From the NCBI GenBank assembly GCA_019058315.1, contig JAHPZH010000001.1, positions 945,432-1,009,431 of the forward strand: a stretch of 64,000 bases of DNA, in the 5' to 3' direction. The DNA comes from Candidatus Helarchaeota archaeon (GTDB taxonomy: Archaea > Asgardarchaeota > Lokiarchaeia > Helarchaeales > RDOG01). The position numbers and the translations under genes were made by a program. Numbering within the stretch: the stretch's first letter is position 1; each line of letters opens with the position of its first letter. The notes beneath the pieces were generated by a model. The model ran no database searches, was not told the DNA's origin, and was given only the letters and a program-made list of their open reading frames with translations. Shown piece after piece: positions 58,901 to 64,000 of the stretch.

Positions 58901-61900
58901 CCAAATTGGTGGAGTTGTATCAATAATTTGGATTGAATCATATTCCCAGCGGGTTGAATTATGAGTTCCATTAAATCCAATAATTGTATAATAATAAAGA
59001 CCATCATCAGTCCCATTATCTATATAATAGTTAGTTGGCCAAGGTATTCCAGTTGCTATTCGGTTTGTAGCGTTGGGTGTGAAGCCGGGGTTGGTACTGC
59101 GGTGAATATCAAAGCTAATAGGATTCCATGCTGATGAAGAGTTCCATTCAATGCGGATATTTCCATCCGGATCTGGAATTACTGGATTTGGAACATCAAG
59201 TGGAATAAGTTTAATTAAGGTATCATCAATAATGAATGAAACATCAAGCGAGGCTACAAGATTTCTAGTGTCATTAGCATAGATAGTAATATTATTTACA
59301 CCGGAAATCCACGGAGCTTCTCCTGTGGCATTTATTGCAAATGAATACTCCTTGAGGTCTACATTGGTAGGAGTAGAATTAGAACCTCCATTAACGCTAT
59401 ACCAAATAGAATCTACAAGCCAATTATCAGAGGCATTGAAATAAAGATAAGTTCCAGACCAAATTACGGAATTATTTGCAGGGCTTTCCAGATTTATTGT
59501 TGGGGATTGAGGTAGCAAATTCCAGGTTAAATCAACCGTCAAGGTTTCAGAAATACCAGAGCTATTCTTTTCATCAAGATATGAAATGGTGATAATGGCA
59601 CCATCAGTTACATTTAACAAATCAAGAGCATCGTTCGTACCAGTAGTAACTAATGTGAAGTTGCCCGTAAAAAGATTAGTATTCAGACTTACTTCAGTAA
59701 GATTGACAAGAATCCAGTCAGAACCACAACTAATGTTTATTGTGACTGTTTGAAGTGTTAAATCGTCTTGGTTTAAGTCCATATCTGTAATATTCACATA
59801 AACTATAGCATTTGCTCCATAATATTCTCCTTCATCACTTTCAACAAAACCGTCTTCTGGTCCAATAATGGTAACAAATCTAGAGAATGATGGTCCACTT
59901 GCTCGCCCTTTCTCGTCATATGCTGTTATCCAATAATAATGTGTCCCTATACTTAAACCTGTGTCTAGATATGTCAATTCGGTTACATTGGCAATCCAAA
60001 CGCTTGTATCTACATCATCTATTGTAGATCGATTGATTGAAAATCCAGCTACATCATAAGCGTCTGTCGAGTTAGTCCAGATAAGACGGGCATTTTCTGT
60101 TCCAACTAGAGTAACAGTAAAAGTTAGATCGCCTAAATTCCAATTCGGTCCGAATATATCGTTAATTAATATTGAACCATATTCCCAGCGAGTCGAATTT
60201 AGAGTCCCGTTAAATCCGATTATTGTATAATAATGAAGACCATCTACAGTTCCATTATCTAAATAATACATATCAGTTATTCCTTGTGCTAGGAGGTTTG
60301 CTGCATTAGGTGTGAATCCTGGGGTGGTGCTGCGGTAAATATAGAAACTTATAGGACTCCATTCTGGCGAAATTGTCCAATTAATAAGGATGTTGCCATC
60401 TGTATCTGGCTCAATATTGGTTTGATTGAGAGGTATAATTTTAATCAAAGTATTATCAATAATAAATGAAATTCTAAGTGTATCTAGAAGGTTAATTGAG
60501 TCATTAGCGTAAATGGTAAGATTATTTTGACCATTAATCCAGTAAGGATCATCTAATGAGGCGTTTATGTCAAATAAATGATCCTTTAGCCCTATGTTGG
60601 TAGCAACTGTAATATTAGGACCTCCATTAATATTATACCAAACTGAATCTAACTTCCAATTATCAGAGGCAGAGAAATGAAGTAAAGTTCCAGACCAATC
60701 AAAGGAATTATTTGCGGGGCTTATCAGATTTAAAGTTGGGGGTAATGGTAATGCGCTATAAGTAATATTAACAAATCTTATTTGAGATGTACCATTTATA
60801 TCTTTTTCATCGAAATATAAAATTGTAACATTTTCACCTATATTTACAAATAAATGATCATCAGGATCGGATGTAGCCAAGGATCCGAGGTCAAATTGAC
60901 CAATAAATGTATCACTATTTGTACCATTTTCGTAGATAATAATATGAATTAGATCTGAAGGACTACTTGTAGCATTAATTGTTGCTGTTTCTTGAGCAGT
61001 CGGAATTTGGTTTAGATCTTTATCTATAATTGCAACAGTAACAGTAACCGGATCTCCAAAATATTCTGGGGATGGTAGATAGATAATGCCATTCGCAGGT
61101 AGTAAGAATTGTGCCTGTCTAAATACATCAACTGGATCTCCTGTAATTTCATTTGCATCCTCATATTTTACTATAATGATAACATTATCATCTACATTTA
61201 TCATTTGCTTTGCATCATCCTTATCTCCTAATGTGAAGTTGAAGTAACCTATAAACTCATCAGTATCTATTCCATTTTCTATTAATTCAATTTTAATTGT
61301 ATTCAGTGATTCATTTCCTTGAGTATAAACACTTACAGGACTGAAAATTGCTGCAATAACATCTTGAGCTAATGGATTTTGGTTTAAATCCTGGTCTCTT
61401 ACTGTAATCATAGCCGTTGTACCCAATCCTTCAAAAGTAAAACCACCAGTTGCATTTGTACTAAGAGTACCCGTATAAGTTTTAATCCAAGTAGAAGTTG
61501 CTACTTGCCAAATCGGATAGCCCTCTGTTGTGTGATTATCATAATAATATACACCAATCGTATCTCCATCTTCAACATGTAAAAACTTTCCATAAGTTGG
61601 TCCATCTGTAAATGAAAAAACAGTAAAGAATTCGGCATCAGTTGGGAAAAGTTCTGACAATATCAAAGTAATACCATTCGGATCACTTGTACTATTTACT
61701 TTTGCTGTCAATGTATCTGGAATAAATGTGACTGCTATGACAGTGAAATCCATATCTATATCATCAATTTGTATTTGGTTATTTTCAGATAAACCATAAT
61801 AAAAAGCTGGTAAGGAAGCTATTGTGGCTGAATGAGTTTGATCCCATGTAGCTGTATCCTTTGGTTGTGCAGGTGCGCCAGAAACGTCATGAGCATCATA

Positions 61901-64000
61901 ATAAAGAACACTAATTTCATCTTCATCCGTTACGTTAATAATATCATTAAAATCATCACTGCCTCCCATAGTAAAAGTGAATGTTCCTGTAAATTCCCCT
62001 GTATTAATATTTGTCTCATTTAATGTAACTGTTATTCCTATTAAATCAGTAGAGCTATTCACAGTCACATCTGCCGTATCATTTACACCAGAGTCTACAT
62101 TCAAATCTTGATCAATTACTGTAATCTTTGCAACTGCTAAAGTGCCGTAATAAGTGCTAGAATTTAAAACTACTGTTCCTGTTTCAGTTTCTAGCCATGT
62201 CGCATTAGCTATAAGTTCAACGGGTATACCTTCTTCATTTCTAGCTTCAGAATATGTAACATTTATGGTATTTTGATTTGCAATTTTAATAATATTGCTA
62301 GGATCGTCACTGGCAGTTAAGCTTACAGTAAAAATTCCAGTAAAATTAGCTGATGTACCTGTTGTTTCAGACAATGTTACAGATATTCCAACAAGATCGC
62401 TATCACTTGTAACAGACACACTAACGGTATCTATTCCTCCAGTAATGTTTAAGTCCTCATCAAAAACCTTGACGAATATCACTGCATCTACTCCATAATA
62501 AACTGATGAATTAAGTTGAATAGAACCACTAAAGGTTTGAATCCAAGTAGCAGTATCAGTGGGGCTTGCAGAAGCTCCAGTCACTGTATATTGATCATCA
62601 TATCTTACAGTGACGGAATCACCACTTATAGCATGTATTATTTCCAAACCATCATTACTACCTGTTGTGTTAAACGTGAATAGTCCGATAAAGACGCCAG
62701 TGCTAGGTCCTGTTTCTGTACATGTTACATTTATACCTGCTGGATCACTTGTACTGGTTACATTTATTTCAACTATATCAGCTCCTCCAGTAACATCCAG
62801 ATCAGAATCACTAACCGTTATGTTTCCTACTGCAGCTGTTCCATAATAAATAACTTTATCTAAAGCAATACTACCGGTGTCTGTAGCAATCCAAATAGCT
62901 GTGTCATTTGGTCTTGCTGCGGGACCTATGGCAGTGTGAGAATCATTATACAAAGCCATAACTGTGTCACTATCTACGGCCCAAATAATATCAGAAGCGT
63001 CATCACTTGGAGATGATGTCTTAAAGGTAAAGGTTCCAGTAAAGATTCCAGTATTATTTCCCGTTTCATAAAGTCGAATTAAAATACCCGATGGATCTGA
63101 GCTACTATTTATATTGACCCTAAACCATTCGATATTTCCGGAATCAAGATTCATATCGTTATCATTCACTGTAACTGTAGCTTCAGCTCCTGTTCCATAA
63201 TAATATTCCTCATCCATCAAGATTGTTCCCGTAAAAGTCTCATCCCAAGTTGCGGTATCTGTAGGGTTCGCAGCAGGTCCAGAAGCTGTGTGTTCATCAT
63301 AATATTTAGCAGTAATTGTTTCTAAGTTAGATACTTGAAGTATATTACTTGCATTATCACTTATAGTAGTACTAAAAGTCACATTTCCAATGAATGTACC
63401 GGTATTAGGTCCAGTTTCAATTAAATCAACCATAATTCCAGCGGGAGTAGATGGACTTGTCACATTAACATAAATTACTTCGGTAGTTATTGAACTTCTA
63501 TTATGATCAAGATCATAAACAGTTATTTCCATAATTGCTCCTGTACCATAATATATAATATCATCTAAATTAATACTTCCTGTATATGTCTTTATCCAGT
63601 ATGCAGTATCAAAGTGATAATCAAGTATACCGGTTTCATTTCGTGTATCTGTACAATTTACTTGTATAATAGTGCCATTTCGAGCATAAATAATTCTACT
63701 TCCAGGAATGCTACCAGTTTGACTAAAGAAGAATGTATTAGTAAATATTCCAGTATTAATACCCGTTTCAGTTAATGTTAGTGAAAATCCTACTAAATCT
63801 AAAGTTGAACTTAAATATATTTGAGTAGTTTCAATTAATCCTGGGAAATTATTAAGATCTCGGTCGTCTAAACTTACTGTGGCTACAGTAGCTGTTCCAT
63901 AATAATATTGTGCATCCAAAGTCAAATTACCTGTAAATGTTTCAATCCATTGGCTAGTTGTCATTAAAATATTAGTTAAACCACTTCCATTAGATAGGTC
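55913..64000 (-). CDS. Giant modular cell-surface glycoprotein (Ig/FN3-like repeats, C-terminal TM), 5'-truncated
   Basis: Frame is open to base 64000; twelve ~115-aa DxDxN...ETGxNTGxF repeats, four Ig-FN3-FN3 units, many N-x-S/T sequons, TM WIIYILIGAVAGVVVVSIAIARR. Confidence 0.9.
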   Translation of the reverse strand, partial: DLSNGSGLTNILMTTSQWIETFTGNLTLDAQYYYGTATVATVSLDDRDLNNFPGLIETTQIYLSSTLDLVGFSLTLTETGINTGIFTNTFFFSQTGSIPGSRIIYARNGTIIQVNCTDTRNETGILDYHFDTAYWIKTYTGSINLDDIIYYGTGAIMEITVYDLDHNRSSITTEVIYVNVTSPSTPAGIMVDLIETGPNTGTFIGNVTFSTTISDNASNILQVSNLETITAKYYDEHTASGPAANPTDTATWDETFTGTILMDEEYYYGTGAEATVTVNDNDMNLDSGNIEWFRVNINSSSDPSGILIRLYETGNNTGIFTGTFTFKTSSPSDDASDIIWAVDSDTVMALYNDSHTAIGPAARPNDTAIWIATDTGSIALDKVIYYGTAAVGNITVSDSDLDVTGGADIVEINVTSTSDPAGINVTCTETGPSTGVFIGLFTFNTTGSNDGLEIIHAISGDSVTVRYDDQYTVTGASASPTDTATWIQTFSGSIQLNSSVYYGVDAVIFVKVFDEDLNITGGIDTVSVSVTSDSDLVGISVTLSETTGTSANFTGIFTVSLTASDDPSNIIKIANQNTINVTYSEARNEEGIPVELIANATWLETETGTVVLNSSTYYGTLAVAKITVIDQDLNVDSGVNDTADVTVNSSTDLIGITVTLNETNINTGEFTGTFTFTMGGSDDFNDIINVTDEDEISVLYYDAHDVSGAPAQPKDTATWDQTHSATIASLPAFYYGLSENNQIQIDDIDMDFTVIAVTFIPDTLTAKVNSTSDPNGITLILSELFPTDAEFFTVFSFTDGPTYGKFLHVEDGDTIGVYYYDNHTTEGYPIWQVATSTWIKTYTGTLSTNATGGFTFEGLGTTAMITVRDQDLNQNPLAQDVIAAIFSPVSVYTQGNESLNTIKIELIENGIDTDEFIGYFNFTLGDKDDAKQMINVDDNVIIIVKYEDANEITGDPVDVFRQAQFLLPANGIIYLPSPEYFGDPVTVTVAIIDKDLNQIPTAQETATINATSSPSDLIHIIIYENGTNSDTFIGQFDLGSLATSDPDDHLFVNIGENVTILYFDEKDINGTSQIRFVNITYSALPLPPTLNLISPANNSFDWSGTLLHFSASDNWKLDSVWYNINGGPNITVATNIGLKDHLFDINASLDDPYWINGQNNLTIYANDSINLLDTLRISFIIDNTLIKIIPLNQTNIEPDTDGNILINWTISPEWSPISFYIYRSTTPGFTPNAANLLAQGITDMYYLDNGTVDGLHYYTIIGFNGTLNSTRWEYGSILINDIFGPNWNLGDLTFTVTLVGTENARLIWTNSTDAYDVAGFSINRSTIDDVDTSVWIANVTELTYLDTGLSIGTHYYWITAYDEKGRASGPSFSRFVTIIGPEDGFVESDEGEYYGANAIVYVNITDMDLNQDDLTLQTVTINISCGSDWILVNLTEVSLNTNLFTGNFTLVTTGTNDALDLLNVTDGAIITISYLDEKNSSGISETLTVDLTWNLLPQSPTINLESPANNSVIWSGTYLYFNASDNWLVDSIWYSVNGGSNSTPTNVDLKEYSFAINATGEAPWISGVNNITIYANDTRNLVASLDVSFIIDDTLIKLIPLDVPNPVIPDPDGNIRIEWNSSSAWNPISFDIHRSTNPGFTPNATNRIATGIPWPTNYYIDNGTDDGLYYYTIIGFNGTHNSTRWEYDSIQIIDTTPPIWNLGELTFTVTSVGAEQARLIWTNSTDSYDVAGFSINRSIVDSVGTSEWIANVTELTYLDTGLNVSTTYYYWITAYDEKEQASGPSLPSRDVDMPPHGDGVIVTDKPEYFGDGVIVYVNVTDLDLNKNDLSIQNITIIANTTTDEINIICFESNPNRNVFIGNFSLVTTGTNDSADELNVTGGINILIYYLDIMNSSGLIESKSANITWSIDVSPPTIALDNPANNSIIWNLDLLYFTATDNARVDSVWYRVNGGNNVTYATAIPFDQYSFGIQVNLSAPDWTYGSNYIEIFANDTVGFVNNVTFATFAFTIDDTLIRIRPLNQTNIEPDADGNVHIEWNSSPSWNPISFDIYRSTTANFTPNATNRIAQGISDMYFLDNGTVDGIHYYIIIGFNGTDNSTHWENRSITIIDTTPPTWISPGFTGTPVGAENSRLNWANSTDSYDVAGFNIYRGIVNNFMLSSWIDNVTALTYLDSNSSSGLSSGPYFYWITAYDEKTQESGESAVVFILISGPEDGIVVTDLEEYTQENVTVYVNITDLDLNKDDLSVQTVTINVSSGSDFILVNLTESGLNTDIFTGTFNLTTSGTNDALDLLNVTEGATIRISYNDSKNDFGNPEMFIVNITWNLISQPPKLNLTSHTNNSVIWTWQGPGDTIDFTAYDNWLVDSVWFSINDYTNHTSGTNIRLKEYSLSITILDALYPELIFGLNYIDIYLNDTVDNSASYTFVFNRDDTFINIRALNISNPILPDQDGDIHIEWTTSIYWTPIEYDIHRSNISGFTPNAANLIATVSAPSTDYWDRGVDDGIYYYTVIGRNSTGDNSTEREYDSIQIIDITPPNFVGGVGFSHTLIGADSVNLTWTATLDSYDVAGYRIYRGIEDYFPNATWIDNTTENFYFDSGLPVTNYLTYYYWIAPYDEKYQNGTQSARTVVTFAPKEEPPFIPPILGGEDQTWIIYILIGAVAGVVVVSIAIARRGPADMAKKLGYKQEELIPLPV

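Noticed and set aside
1-64000. Selenocysteine/pyrrolysine read-through, transposases, integrases, tRNA or rRNA genes
   Set aside because: Recognisable enzymes appear full-length at their stop codons, and no mobile-element motifs or structured RNA genes were seen by eye; tRNAscan/Infernal were not run.

Overview
A very AT-rich, gene-dense archaeal window, most consistent with an Asgard archaeon (Loki-/Helarchaeia-like). The basis is Alba, an alpha2-type GlyRS, a DRG GTPase, longin-like proteins, a longin-like/small-GTPase fusion, Asgard-style LRR proteins and GGAG/GGTG Shine-Dalgarno motifs; the taxonomy is inferred, not searched. I found no rRNA, tRNA, CRISPR array or transposase. Main blocks: (i) housekeeping and redox genes; (ii) a 9.5-25 kb accessory region with a beta-helix protein, three small NTF2-like proteins, three multi-module LRR proteins and a TPR protein, where all four repeat proteins carry a lysine-rich leader (heptad xKK-hydrophobic-xKK in two of them), plus an operon of four 53-65 aa membrane microproteins behind a perfect 13-bp inverted repeat; (iii) a divergently regulated acyl-CoA catabolic operon (two FAD oxidoreductases, a CCG Fe-S protein, an enoate reductase lacking the usual catalytic Tyr, a CoA ligase, DUF35 and a thiolase); (iv) a pentapeptide/Zn-ribbon fusion flanked by OB-like paralogs; (v) a >2,690-aa modular surface protein cut by the window edge. 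Several small genes missed by the ORF track (three Zn-finger microproteins, one membrane microprotein) and two probable AUU/AUA/AUC start codons were read directly from the sequence.
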